Under the pieces are notes generated by a model. That model saw nothing but the letters and a program-made list of their open reading frames with translations, made no database searches and was not told the DNA's origin. From positions 62,001 through 126,000 of the forward strand of contig OZ025794.1 in assembly GCA_964019425.1 (NCBI GenBank): DNA of 64,000 nucleotides, read 5' to 3'. Source of the stretch: Flectonema sp. DT1601 (taxonomy: Eukaryota). Positions 48,279-60,440 of this stretch are shown piece by piece; the first letter of the stretch is position 1, and each line of letters opens with the position of its first letter. The translations under genes were made by a program, and so were the position numbers.

Positions 48279-51023
48279 CTAATGGTATAAAATTGTATCC
48301 CAATGTGTTGTTCGTGTTTGATAAATCTTCGCTAAGTTATCCATAGCCATAGTGGTCACACCACCCGGCACGTCACTTGGCTCAATAAAGTATTGTTCTG
48401 CCATTGTAAAGTTACCATCAACAACAGCCTTAACGAATTTATTCCATCCTGAATAAGGATCGGCGTTAGTGCCTTCCTCAAGTTGGTACATCCATTCCGT
48501 GTCTCTGATTGTTTTTGCCTCTCTCAGTTCAAAAATTTGAAGAGGTCGTTGACTCCGTTTAGTGTAGTGAACGCATCCCATTGCTCTGCAGTAGAATCTG
48601 TGTTCAGCTTCGCTATTGACCTGATTGTCAAGTAAAGTATCAATACCGATACTTCTTGCATACCTTTCTAAAGCATTAACCCATGTGACTGCAGGTCCAA
48701 GGTGAGTAAACTTCTTCATTCCAGGACAACCCATGTTTCCAATTCTAACTTCACCAGCACAAACAGCTGTCGATGCTCTGAGCTGTACCTGGTCAGAACC
48801 AAACTTTATTCCTAACAATTTTAATTGAAAATCACTAACACAAGCAGCTCCATTTGCCTGGTGAGACGCACACGGTACGACTGCATTAAAACAAGCCATC
48901 ATTCGATCACCGCTAAATGTTTCTGGTACACCTTTCATAGAATTGACACACGACAACAGTAAAGCCATGAGATCACTGTGAACCCAAAGAACTTCTTGTT
49001 CAGTTGTTGTTGTTGTTAGTGTGTGCCAATTTTTCATGTTGAATACAGCAAAGGTACAATTCTTACGTCTGAGAGTATCAGTCGATGTCGCCAAAGCTGT
49101 TCTCTTATTTATACCTCCTTGGCGATGTGTTTTCATATATTTTCCTAAAGCAGAAGCCTTTGACATTGAACCCGTTACAATGTTATTACTACCTGATGTG
49201 GCGCTTAATCTCTCACTTGTTCTGGTTGTTTGTGTTTGATCATCGTTGGAAAACTGGTCTGCGGTATCGAGATTACGAACCCTGTCTGTGAGATCTTCAC
49301 CCTCACTTTCTTCAACGTCACTCTCAACAAGAACACTTTGAGGCATATAATTTCGGTATTCAACCAAATTTCTTACAAGAGATAAGAAAGAAACCTGCAT
49401 TGCTGCTACCTCACAGAGTACTGAGAAAGGTCTTGTTGAGTCGATTGCTTCCAAATGCATATGAGCGACTTCAGCCATATCTCTTTGAAGTTGGTACAGA
49501 GGAGAGACAATCGCAAATGAAAATACAATTGATAAGCTGACAAGACCTAATGAACATCCAATTAAGACGTAAAGAGTGACCAGCCTGTCATCAGTTTGTT
49601 TATCTTCAGTTTGTTGATACTCTTTGTCAATTTGACTTTTAATTGTAAGAGTTGCTTCATCAATAGTTTTCATCACAATCTCTCTTTCAACCAATAGCGT
49701 TACATACCAATGAAGAGAATGTATTCTTAATTCAGATATACGAGTCCAGTACAACACATCAGGTTTTGCAACCGAAGCATTCGTATTATTTGGTGAATAT
49801 ATAAACGGATTTAAGTTATCTCTGTTTGTCTCAGCAGCTGTAGCAGCATATGATGATGTGTTTTTAACATGTGCGGCATGGGCTTGAATAACTGGATTTG
49901 GGTAAGCTTCAATCTTATATGGAAATGAAAATCTATATATCTCACCACCAGGACCTGGGAATTCTATTGTGTAGTATTGAGGTCCTTCGTTAATAACAGT
50001 AAGTTGATCAGTTTTTTGTTCATATGCGTACAGTAACGATCCTTTAGGAAGGTCTTGCTGTTTAAAGATATCAGCGATGTAATTCATAGTTAGAATGATA
50101 GCAACTCCACCGACTCTGTTATCACCATACCCGGAGAGATCTGGCATGTCAGGATGTCCATATGCTCCGTAAATCATGATCCCCGTCTCAACCGAAATTG
50201 ACAACACATCTGAGACGAACACTTGACCAATTGGTCTCTCATCTTTGTATTCAGGTTTGTACAGTAATTGGTCAACAAATTTCCAGTATGGTGTCGCGTG
50301 TACAACACTGCTGTGGTAGTAGCAGGTTCCACTCTTTTCACCTGCGGTATAATTAGGATAAGTAACACAAGGACCAGGTTCGACATAACCAGATGAATTA
50401 GCTCTGCCGTACTCAATATGTGTAGCGTTTGTTGAGACTCTTCCGTCTCGTCTTGTGGTTGCAGCAACGTAAACAGATGGCCTGCCTGGGGGAGTATACT
50501 CATCAATGACTACCTGTTGTATTACTACTAAGCCTCCCCAATCACCATTTCCTCCAGTCTTTTCAGTGTCTCCTCTTCCAAGAGCAATAGCCTTTTTACT
50601 CCATGGGTATGTCAAGTACCAAATCTGAACAGCTCCACGAGGTCCAAATGCACGACCCTTTGACATCAACCTGGGTAGCATACTATTCTCAAGATATTCT
50701 GGGTCTGTTGTAATGTCTGGGTCAGTGACTGTAGACTCGAAAATAATTTCCTCTACGAGGGTTACGGGTGATTGAATGATTCCTTTAACTGTTGTTATAA
50801 CACCGTCAAGTACTTTTGATAAGTATCTTCCTGTTACCAGTTCGGTGTTCTCAGTTCCAAAAGAGAAACTATTATTAACACCTATTCTACCAGTGTTTTT
50901 AATTGCGGATACCGCCTGATCACCCTGACGTACTAAGAGACCTCCTACAACACCTGCCGTAATTAAAACCATTGCTATGGATAACGTTAGGGTTAACACC
51001 CGAATTCCAACCCATCCGAGCAT
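48279..51023 (-). CDS. Receptor-type class III nucleotidyl cyclase-like protein (2 TM, extracellular domain, HAMP-like linker, degenerate cyclase domain)
   Basis: TM near the N-terminus and at ~aa 485-507; PLYQLQRDMAEVAHM..EVAAMQVSF (HAMP-like); FSGDRMMACFN, GEVRIGNMG, LGPAV, EWMYQLEE. Confidence 0.85.
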   Translation of the reverse strand: MLGWVGIRVLTLTLSIAMVLITAGVVGGLLVRQGDQAVSAIKNTGRIGVNNSFSFGTENTELVTGRYLSKVLDGVITTVKGIIQSPVTLVEEIIFESTVTDPDITTDPEYLENSMLPRLMSKGRAFGPRGAVQIWYLTYPWSKKAIALGRGDTEKTGGNGDWGGLVVIQQVVIDEYTPPGRPSVYVAATTRRDGRVSTNATHIEYGRANSSGYVEPGPCVTYPNYTAGEKSGTCYYHSSVVHATPYWKFVDQLLYKPEYKDERPIGQVFVSDVLSISVETGIMIYGAYGHPDMPDLSGYGDNRVGGVAIILTMNYIADIFKQQDLPKGSLLYAYEQKTDQLTVINEGPQYYTIEFPGPGGEIYRFSFPYKIEAYPNPVIQAHAAHVKNTSSYAATAAETNRDNLNPFIYSPNNTNASVAKPDVLYWTRISELRIHSLHWYVTLLVEREIVMKTIDEATLTIKSQIDKEYQQTEDKQTDDRLVTLYVLIGCSLGLVSLSIVFSFAIVSPLYQLQRDMAEVAHMHLEAIDSTRPFSVLCEVAAMQVSFLSLVRNLVEYRNYMPQSVLVESDVEESEGEDLTDRVRNLDTADQFSNDDQTQTTRTSERLSATSGSNNIVTGSMSKASALGKYMKTHRQGGINKRTALATSTDTLRRKNCTFAVFNMKNWHTLTTTTTEQEVLWVHSDLMALLLSCVNSMKGVPETFSGDRMMACFNAVVPCASHQANGAACVSDFQLKLLGIKFGSDQVQLRASTAVCAGEVRIGNMGCPGMKKFTHLGPAVTWVNALERYARSIGIDTLLDNQVNSEAEHRFYCRAMGCVHYTKRSQRPLQIFELREAKTIRDTEWMYQLEEGTNADPYSGWNKFVKAVVDGNFTMAEQYFIEPSDVPGGVTTMAMDNLAKIYQTRTTHWDTILYH

Positions 51024-51719
51024 TTTTTTTTTTTTTTTTCAACTGGATTTTATACTGTGTGGGGAAAAAAAAAATTTAATCTTGTTTTACAGCCGAATGA
51101 TTATAATCGTCGCGTAGTTCTTGGCGGCGTTTGTTTGTTTTTTTTTTTTTTCCAACTACTTCAGTTTGGGGAGGGGGAATCGCCATTGAAATTGCGACTT
51201 TCAAAAAAAAAGAAAAAAAGCCTACTGCACATCTAACAGAGGGGAATTATAATAATAATAATAATCAAAAAAAAAAAAACGCACTCAGCTACCTTATAGA
51301 TTGGAAGGTAAGGTACCTCCGGTAATTTTTACTGTTGCCTTTTTTTTTTTTTTTTTTTTTTCCCGGGCAAAATAAAATAGAAAACTCTTTCTTTGTCACT
51401 TAGAAAATTAGTATAAGTAATTATCTCTTTCTTCTGACTCCGATCGTTGTCTCGAAAAACAGCGGCAGGGAAGACCCGACGAGCTGAGGGAACGACTGGG
51501 AATAGTCGTTTTTGCATCTAAGCATTTCGAATTGAAAGACATGACATTCAAGATTTCTGTTTGGTATTTCCACATGAAGCACTTCAACAAGAAGAAGAAA
51601 AAAAAGTATGGCAAAAAATAAAAAAGGAAATCACTGCTATGGCATTATAATAATACAAACAGGAAAAGAAAGGCTAGGCAGTTATATTTTTGTTATTATG
51701 GGGCAGTTGTTAGGGATGG

Positions 51720-51752
<33 letters not shown>

Positions 51753-52079
51753 GAGTCTGACAAGTCAGGAGAGGCACTTATAAGAAACATTGCGTATGTA
51801 CGTAGACCGCTTGAGGAATAAGGCGCTAAGAAATCTAATCTAAAAATAAGGCTTAGAAACCCAAAAAAAAATATTTAAAAAAAAAAAAAAAAAAAAAAAC
51901 TATGTTGTCTTCGTTCGTTCGTTCGCTTGTATCTCAGAAAAAGTAAGCAACGGACACAAAAGACAAGTGTAGGCATCCATCACATTTACTCTGTATATAT
52001 AACAACAGGCAAACAATAACTTTTCCCAAATGGCTAACAGCGGAGAGAGCTCATTTTTTTTTTTTATTAAAAAAAGACG

Positions 52080-54461
52080 CTATTTGCTTTCCGTCTTTAC
52101 TTCAGTCTTATCATCCACGTGCTCATCCTTATCGAAATCTTCTCCTGTGGTGAGAGGTTGTTTTTAATTTAATAAATTTAAATAACCTACCCCAGGCTTA
52201 CTGAGGATAAAAAATATTAAAAAAACAATCATACCGCTGCCAGGGTACCTCAGTCCCAATGACTCAGGCCCATAAAACCAACAAGCGAATGCAACACGAG
52301 GAGCGAATGTCGGAGCAACTTCGTGAGATGTGTGAGACTGAAATATGCAAACAGAATTACCAGTTGGTGAGATTCGGATTGGTTCTGAATTTTGAACTTC
52401 ATTTTTTGCGTCTTTCTGAGCCTCAGTATCTCCAGCGCGAATATTATAACGAGGATCACGTGATTTCGGATAAAGTATGAAATCTCCTCCATATTCAGAT
52501 TTCCAATCGGAGTTACAGTAATACGTAATTGTGATTCGACGACGTTCCGGATCTTTTTGACCTAGTTTGACGTCCCTGTGTTTGACGTATCCTTTTCCAT
52601 CTCCGGGATACCGTGCGAGTTGAATTGAGGTTTTGTATAAAGGTTTTTCAAGTAAAAATGAAATAGCTTTTCTTAATCGATGCATCTTACACAAGAGTTC
52701 ATCAATGCCGTCTGGAAGAATGTTATCGTAGCCATCGAGAGAAGTCTGTTTTGGTAGCCATCTAATTGCATCTCCTCTTAGGTTACCTTCTCTTTTAATG
52801 CTACCAGTTTGACCAGTACCACCGATGATCATTTTGTCTTCTTCTCCGCACATTTCATGTGCTTGTTGACATGCTTTCTTAGCAATATCTTCCGGTAAGA
52901 AGCTATCTGATTTCCAATAGCCTGCTTCACTTCGTAGAGCGTTTACGACTTCCTCTGCCCACTTTAACTCCTCGATTGAGGAATCGATCATTCCGCGAAC
53001 TGGTCCGCAGTATAATTTGAGAGCGTTTGGTGGGAATTTCATCCTCTTGTCAAGTCCCTTAAATTTAACTGAAACACAACCTGATGGATGGGTTGCAGTC
53101 ACTACACCCACCTTACCACGGGTTTCCTCAAGAGCATTTTGGTAGCAATTTACTCTCCATTTCCCGCAGGCATCCTTTAGAGGCTTTGTTTCCAATACCA
53201 TTGTCACTACAGCACTTTTTCTAAAGTATCCCATGCCTGGAGTTCTTGCTTTGACGACAGTTTTTGGAGCTTTCTTTTCTTTTTTTTGGGTGTCGTCTGA
53301 GTCCGAATCCCTCGGAGGAGGAACTGCTGCGACATCAGATTTTGATTTTGAAAAACTTTTTTTCTTTTGTGGTCGTTGTTTATCAGGAGTGTGATCTGTT
53401 GGAGTTCCACTACTAAGTATGACATTAAGATCTTCTGGTCTGTCAGCACCAGGTAGTGCGTCAGGTACGTCATCACTATCTATTTCTAACTGGTCAGGGA
53501 TTTCTCTTCCCGCTGATATTTCAGGAAGTGACTCATCGTCCTCTTCGTCATCTCCGCAGAGCTTTCGCAGAGCAGAACTGTCTCGAAGTGCCCACAGAGA
53601 TCTGATCTCCTCTTGAAGTTCTGCTGGTGAATTAGTAAAGTTCTCAGCTAGTGATGGATACGTAGAGAGGATCATATCAAAAGGAAGTGACATCAGAGTC
53701 TCGTCGTCGAATTCTGAATCGGTCCATTCTTCACTTTGATGTCCACATCCGTGTGAATGACCGTGTGAATGACTATGGCTGTGACTATGGCTGTGACTGT
53801 GACTGTGACTGTGACTATGCCCATGTGCATTACCTCCGTGTTGCTTAACAAGATCTCCCCAGTTTACCATATCTGGAGCGTCATCACTATCATCGTCAGG
53901 GAGTTGAATAGTAACTTTCTTGTCTTCGTTCTTGCGCTTTTCCGCTTCTTCCTTTTCCTCCATTTTCCTCGCCTCTTCGTCCTCCTTCTCCTGGTTGCGT
54001 TTGCGAATTTCCTCTGCTTTGCGCTGAACATCAAGCATTTCTCTGTTGTAGGCTTCCCAACCAGCTAGTTTCTGACCTGGGGTCATAGTGGAGCGTTCTT
54101 CTGGAGGGTCATCAGCACCGGTTCCAGTGCGGCCGATGTTCATTCCGAATGATTGATCGGTTCCAAAAGTTTCAGGGAAAGGATTTATTGCAGTAGCCAT
54201 TGAAGGTTTGATTCCCTGTTGAGGACTGACTTGATCATTTTCATCAATACTTCCGAATATTGGCCTGTTTCCTGGATTTACAACCGGTTCTCCAACACTA
54301 CTCTTTCCTGACCATCCAACTCTCGCTGTTACATTCTCTTTCTCGTCGTCTTTTAACGATGGCTCACTAGCAGCCTGCTCTGGTTTGCTGCTTTCTTTTG
54401 ATTCTGTCTGTGGATGTCCCTCCCACCAGGTGCTCATCCATGAGGGTGCTGAGCCTGCCAT
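52080..54461 (-). CDS. EGLN/PHD-like 2OG-Fe(II) prolyl hydroxylase with long disordered, His-rich N-terminus (exons 54461-52235, 52144-52080)
   Basis: LRGDAIRWL, QLARYPGDGKGYVKHRD (HxD), RRITITYYCN..W, HEVAP..RVAFACWF. A probable 90-nt intron 52234-52145 (GTATGA...CCACAG) gives an open terminal exon GEDFDKDEHV...SK*. Confidence 0.8.
53750..53825. repeat. Coding hexanucleotide repeat encoding (His-Ser/Gly)n
   Basis: (GTGACT/ATGGCT)n on + strand; translates HGHSHSHSHSHSHSHSHSHGHSHG. Confidence 0.9.
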
Positions 54462-54631
54462 CGCCTGCTTTGAAGAAAAATAAAAGTAGTTAAAAACAGT
54501 CCATACCACTGGCTTTGAATAATAAATATAAATAATAAGTTTCCTGTTTTGATAGAATATTATAAATAAATATCCATAATTTTTTTAAAAACAGTAATAA
54601 TCTAAAGTCTAAGTACACACAGTAAACTAAT

Positions 54632-56086
54632 TTACGTAATCGACGGTGTTGGTGTCGTCATTGGTCTCACAGATCCTTCAATACCACTTTCAGCAATTTT
54701 CATAATATCTGAATTTGATCTAAAAGAACGAGTAGAACCTGGAGCTGACCATCCACCACCTAATCGAGCTGGTGACTGGTCTATTGGTTGGGGAAGAGAA
54801 GCTGGAAAAACACTTATGCCACCAGGTCCTGAAAGTGTCTTTAGTAATGTCGGTGTTATTGATGAGTTAGGGAGTTCATTCTTTGACATGCTTGTGACAT
54901 GTTTCGTAAAAGTGGGTTTTGAAGACTCCAAGTTCCGTACAAACTCATCAACTTCTGATAACAGCGCCTCTTCACTCGCCCAACTCGGAGATGGATTCTC
55001 AGCTTCTCGTTTTAATGCTGCAGCTTCTTGGCGTTGTTGGTTTTCCGTACTTTCTTGATTGTCACTAACTTTGAGATCTGATGAATTAGTTTGCTCTTCT
55101 TTATATATTGAAACCGGAGGTTCTGATATACTACCAAAATTACTAACAGCGAAGGGTGTTGGTGTCGGAGGAGGTTCAGGTTTCGGAGGTATCTCTGAGG
55201 GTCGATCTTCTTGTCGCTCCTTTCTCAGTTGTTCAACTTCTTCTTTTGTTGATCTCAACTCTAATCGAAGCTGTCGCAATTCATCAACAACTTGTTGATC
55301 GAGAGATGAAACTGCTGTTGGCTGTGGCATTGGAATGGGAGGTGCTCTTGGCTGTGGCTCGTTTACTGGCAATGCATCGCGTGTCGGAGAAAGCCTTCTA
55401 TTATTCTCATGATGTTCTCCTTCTGAAGTAACGGGTCTGAAAGTATTCACAGCTGCCCATGGAGAGTGTGAAGTATCTCTTGGAGACGATCGAATATTCG
55501 ATGGATGAGAAAGAGGAGGAGGAGGCATATTAACGATAAGCGACGTCGTATCAATAAAACGAGGAACAGGCAGAGCAGGCTGCCTATCTCCAACTGTTAC
55601 TGGCTTTCCTCCAGTGGCAATTCGTTCGATTTCCTGCCAAGTACCGAATGCTTGAGGTTGTGTTGGTGGTGGAGCTTCTTGTTGAGGATGGACTATCTGA
55701 ACTACTTCATTTCTTACGAATGTACCCAATTCATTTCTAAGTTGTGTAGTCGCTGCTGACAGTCGTTCTATTTGCTGTCGTAGGTTACTATGCTCTGATT
55801 CAATTATTTGTTTTTGTTGTTGTAGATTCTGCATTCGAGTTATCTTTTCTTTGACAACAATACTTTGATGATCACTTGGTGTTGGATCTGACCATGGTTG
55901 TAACACGTAGTCAACAGCTGTTCTAAAATCACGATCTCTAATCAAAGGTTCATTTCGATTTACTCTACGAGGACTTATCTTACCAATCATATCCGATGGC
56001 GGAGGTCCTTGTTTATCTCTTTTTAGTAAATTAATCGCGAGTCTCCTAGCATCATCAATATTACGAACAGCATCCAAGTTCAACAT
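54632..56086 (-). CDS. Hypothetical Pro/Ser-rich protein with two coiled-coil segments
   Basis: 484-aa ORF with coding-like composition; no recognisable family. Confidence 0.75.
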   Translation of the reverse strand: MLNLDAVRNIDDARRLAINLLKRDKQGPPPSDMIGKISPRRVNRNEPLIRDRDFRTAVDYVLQPWSDPTPSDHQSIVVKEKITRMQNLQQQKQIIESEHSNLRQQIERLSAATTQLRNELGTFVRNEVVQIVHPQQEAPPPTQPQAFGTWQEIERIATGGKPVTVGDRQPALPVPRFIDTTSLIVNMPPPPLSHPSNIRSSPRDTSHSPWAAVNTFRPVTSEGEHHENNRRLSPTRDALPVNEPQPRAPPIPMPQPTAVSSLDQQVVDELRQLRLELRSTKEEVEQLRKERQEDRPSEIPPKPEPPPTPTPFAVSNFGSISEPPVSIYKEEQTNSSDLKVSDNQESTENQQRQEAAALKREAENPSPSWASEEALLSEVDEFVRNLESSKPTFTKHVTSMSKNELPNSSITPTLLKTLSGPGGISVFPASLPQPIDQSPARLGGGWSAPGSTRSFRSNSDIMKIAESGIEGSVRPMTTPTPSIT

Positions 56087-56476
56087 TATTTAGTTAGTGT
56101 CGTAATCACCCATGTTCCTGAAGTGAAATGAAGAACTGGTTGTTTGTTTGTTTGTTTGTTTGTTTGTTTTTTTTTTTTTGAAATCTCTTTTTCAAAACAT
56201 TGATAACTCAGGAACTTAAATAACGGAAAAAGTCAAAAATGGGGGAAATCTTCAGTTTCTTACAAAGTCTCTTGATCGTAAAGTAGATGGGAAATGGGGG
56301 ATATGATTTGTGATTTTGTCGTTCATTCATTCTTTACAAAAAAAAAACTGGAACAGCCTCTCCCTTTAAGAGGACATCCTTCGTCCTCTCCCCCACGTCA
56401 GTAATGTGTTGTTGTAACACAAAAGTCGGTTAACCGACCTGATACAAGATCCTAAAATAACACAACCAGCTGACAC

Positions 56477-58669
56477 TTATGTCGCATATTGCTTACGCCA
56501 GAATGATGGAGGTGTGTGTTGCAGTAATTTCTCTAAAGGACAACTGACTAAGTGAATAGAACTTCCTGAATCTGATAAATGTGCTCCCTGAAGAGCTGTT
56601 GAGATCAAAGTTAAGGAGCCTGCCTTGCGTTTGTTGCTAACCTTACAGGCTTCTTGAAAGCGAGATGTTTGAATGGTTTGGTAGCCATCAGTCGATAAGT
56701 CAAGTAGAGTGAACCATCTGTTTGTTTATTATGTTTTTACTAACTCAGAAGACTTATTCTGGTGAATGAAATACCAAATATCACATACTCATTGCAGCTT
56801 AATAGGACACATGGCCCACACCCAACACACCACATCGCTGAACTACTTGTCTTTGAGTCAACTAAACGAGGCGGCATGTTCTTTTGTCCCCAAATTGTAG
56901 ATCCAGTTTCAGCATCGAAACCAGCGACTGTTCCATCAGTCAGAAGTGTGAATAGGATATTCTTTCTCTGTGTGTTTGTGTGGTGAGTGAAACAATTGAC
57001 TTTTCTTTTTTTTTTTAGACGTCGAAGCAACAATAATAAACGATACCTTAGCTTCACAAAAAGTAATATCCTTAACAGCTGTGTTGAGTTTCTTAGTTTG
57101 AGTTACTGAGAATGAGAGGGGGGCTTCTCCGGCATCAGCCTTCCGTTTTTTTGACTGATGTTTGAGAATTGTCAAAAGAGAGTCTTCAGACACCACAGCG
57201 AGGTAGGTGTTTTTTGATGAAACAGCAACAATTGAAGGGGACTTCGGTTCAGCAGCAACAAGAAGTAACTTTAAATCACCTGAGTCAATATCTATCGATA
57301 TGGTTGTTATTCCCTCACTGTGACCAATAACTAAATCAGAACAACCAGCAAACGCCAATGACGTTGCTGCTGGTAACTCCTCAGACTGTGGAATCACATC
57401 AGCTTCACTACAATCTTTAGCCAGTGCAATAATACAAGTTTTTTCCAATGTAGAGTAAGCCATACAAGTACCACTGCTGTTAATCGCAAAGGAACTAATG
57501 GCGTGTTCTCCACCGACTTCGTATCTCAGTTCAGCAATTATCTCCTTTGTTTCACCTTCTGGAATTCTATGAAGGGTAATTGCATAGTCTTCAACAGATG
57601 CTACCATTTTACTTTTTTTAAATGGAAAGGTGTGTTGTTTGAAAGGTTGATGAACATGTAAGACGGATGCTGCTCCAGTTCCTACTAACGATGGAAACAT
57701 TTTACGAGTCTCACATGCGATGATAAAACCGTCTAAAGATCCCGTGAGTAGGATTCCTCCTTGGATAGATACCATGCAGGTGACATCACCCATCGCCCAG
57801 ATACGTCCTTCAGACTTAACCCAATCACCTTCCATTTGGTTTAGAGTCGCTAGAATGTTATCAACACCGCAGATGAAGACGGTTTCATCAATTTGATGAA
57901 TAGAAAGAAGATCTGCTTTGTGAGTTCGAATTGACTGTCTGAGAACACCTGTTGATACATCAATGATTTTAACTTCACCAGTACTTGTTACACATATAAC
58001 ACTGTCATCTACTTCAAGTATATCCCACGCCATTGATATTATTGGTCCTTCTTTTACTTTGTGTTTTGATACGTGTGTTTGAAGTCTTGTCGTGAGAGAT
58101 GATTCCCAAATAGTTTTACCACTTCTCCATTGAGATGATACAACCATTCCATTGCTATCACTGTAGTATATCGTATTTCCGTTTTGACTAAACTTAACAG
58201 ACAGAAGTCTATCAGAATCTGGTCTGATCATTGTAGTGTAACGAGTAGTGACAGATAAATATTCATCTTCAGAATACTCAAAGAATCGAACTCTACAGTC
58301 TTGACATGCTACAGCTATGATTGGTTCTGTTGGGTGGTGAGTCATCGACCAGATACTTCCTCCTCCACTTCCGAGGACTTCAATTGCTTCTAATGTATTG
58401 GAATTGTATGTTATCAACTGACCTCCAAGTGTTCCCACAACAAATAAATTTTTAGAAATCCATATCACACCTCTCATCGTGTGATTCTTTCTTCCTATGG
58501 TAGCTTTTTCTCTTTTGATGTAAGGTCTACCTTGCTTAACACTCCAAACTTCAACACTTCCATTATTTCTACAAACTGCGATATTCTCAGTCGCCTTATC
58601 GACTGCCATGGCTGATACACCGACTGGTGCTTTCGGGACGAACCCGAGATCGTAGACTGCGCGTTTCAT
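56477..58669 (-). CDS. UTP4: WD40 protein UTP4/cirhin-like (exons 58669-57047, 56967-56789, 56717-56477; 680 aa)
   Basis: IAVCRNNGSVEVW, GGSIWSM, HKADLL..CGVD. Two introns (57046-56968, 56788-56718) restore a C-terminus ..PLEKLLQHTPPSFWRKQYAT* resembling the UTP4 end. Confidence 0.82.
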
Positions 58670-58799
58670 TTTTTTTTTTTTCTCTTTTCACACTTCTTTT
58701 TGTTGTTTTTTTTTGTTGTTTAAAAATACAACACTCTTTGGAAAAATTAATAATAATAAATGAAATTGTAATTAGAGGACTTACAACTCAGAAAGGATG

Positions 58800-59369
58800 T
58801 TACTCTGGGTACCAAAATATAGATTTCGGTTCTTGCATATCAGTCACAGACGGTCGCGGTATTCTGGTAACTGGAGTGAACAACTGATACGAGAAGACAG
58901 CTATAACAATAGCAATAGCCATGTACAGTCTAAGAACCGAAGGAGGGGTTTGTTCAAAGATTGGAAGCTCCCGGGATAAGTTAGAAAAATGGGATTGAAA
59001 CATTTTCGATAAATTTAAAATACACTGATACTGAATCGTTTGTTGTTGTTGGACATCACTTCTATCAATTGTTTCATTAAAGCTAACAGTTATTAACTGT
59101 CTCACGTGTAATTCATTTCGTTCAATTGTACCCGAGCGAAGTAACCAAAAGTGATGCCATAAGAATAACCCAAACTGATGATCCTTTTCACAAAGTTTAT
59201 TCCTCGACCATGAGAACAGCGATGCTCGTTGTCGAAGAATCACCCAACCTAACTTATGATCTTCATTTTGACAATTACAGTTACTCTCTCCTCGTAATCT
59301 GGAGACGAGTTCGTCATCAACTCGTTTTCTTATAATGTCTTCAATATGTAATTTATTATTGGTGTCCAT
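58800..59369 (-). CDS. Hypothetical protein with C-terminal TM helix (possibly a 3' part of the upstream coiled-coil gene)
   Basis: 189-aa ORF free of homopolymer artefacts; TM-like LYMAIAIVIAVFSYQLF; A/C-rich acceptor-like CATCACAACAG near 59380. Confidence 0.5.
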   Translation of the reverse strand: MDTNNKLHIEDIIRKRVDDELVSRLRGESNCNCQNEDHKLGWVILRQRASLFSWSRNKLCEKDHQFGLFLWHHFWLLRSGTIERNELHVRQLITVSFNETIDRSDVQQQQTIQYQCILNLSKMFQSHFSNLSRELPIFEQTPPSVLRLYMAIAIVIAVFSYQLFTPVTRIPRPSVTDMQEPKSIFWYPE

Positions 59370-60440
59370 TACTTACCAACCTGTTGTGATGATAATTAAA
59401 ATAAATATTTTGCTTTTTTTTTCTTGTTGAAGTCAGGTTTTGACTTCCTAGAGAAGCCACGGGGGTACCAGTAGTAGTAAGTGGCTACCCAGACCCACCA
59501 CATGCACGAAGCAGACAGTGTAAGAGACGGCGGATAATGTTCCTTATGTCTACCTCAATGATCTTAGTGTGTAAGACAAACCTGTAGAGATGAATTAATA
59601 ACAACCAAGAACACAACAAGTAATATAATTCATTTCTAATATTATCTAAATTGGGTTACAAGTTATGAGGAATAGGAGGATTGGGAAACCCATCTCATCA
59701 CTAAGAAAGACACGACCACTTTGGTGACAATAACAATTAACAAACCCATCTATGCGAAGTAGATGGGGACGAGTAAACCTGCTCTTGAGATGAGTTGGCT
59801 GTCTAACAGAATTTGACATCCGCACTATCAACTTACAGACCCTCCATCCCCCCCTCCCACCCCAAGTACAAAACTCCTTAAGGTATTGGCTGGGGAAGTT
59901 GGTTGAGAATACAGTGGAAGAGTGGAAGGAAAATGCCACAAAATTCAACCTCGTTACGACTCTTGCTTCCCTCTAGCTGAGAAATATTGTGGAATCGAAA
60001 TGCTCCAGTGGTTGTCCCAGAGACCTTCCTCTCAGAGACTAGAACAAAACAAAAGTGTCAACAGTCACAGGCTACTTATTTACGATCACAAATGATTAAT
60101 TCAAAAAAAAAAAAAAAAAAAAAAAAACCATTCAGATTATTTAAGCTGCCTCATATTTTATTAATCGCAGACAGTACTGACGACGCAGAAGGGAAATAGA
60201 AATAAACGGTTCTTAATCAGAATAAAGAATGGAAAAAGGAAAACTTAATAGATTTCTTCCTCACAAGATTGCTTCGTTGGGAAGCAAGAAACATTTCTCG
60301 TGAACAGAGATTCTCTTGAAATTAGATTCCTCGATTTTTCCTCATAAGAATATTTCCCACTAATATAAAATAATTGCAAGTAAAAACGTAAGTTCACCCA
60401 AACATGGAAAAGATTTTTTCCCTTCCCTTTTTTCTTTTTT

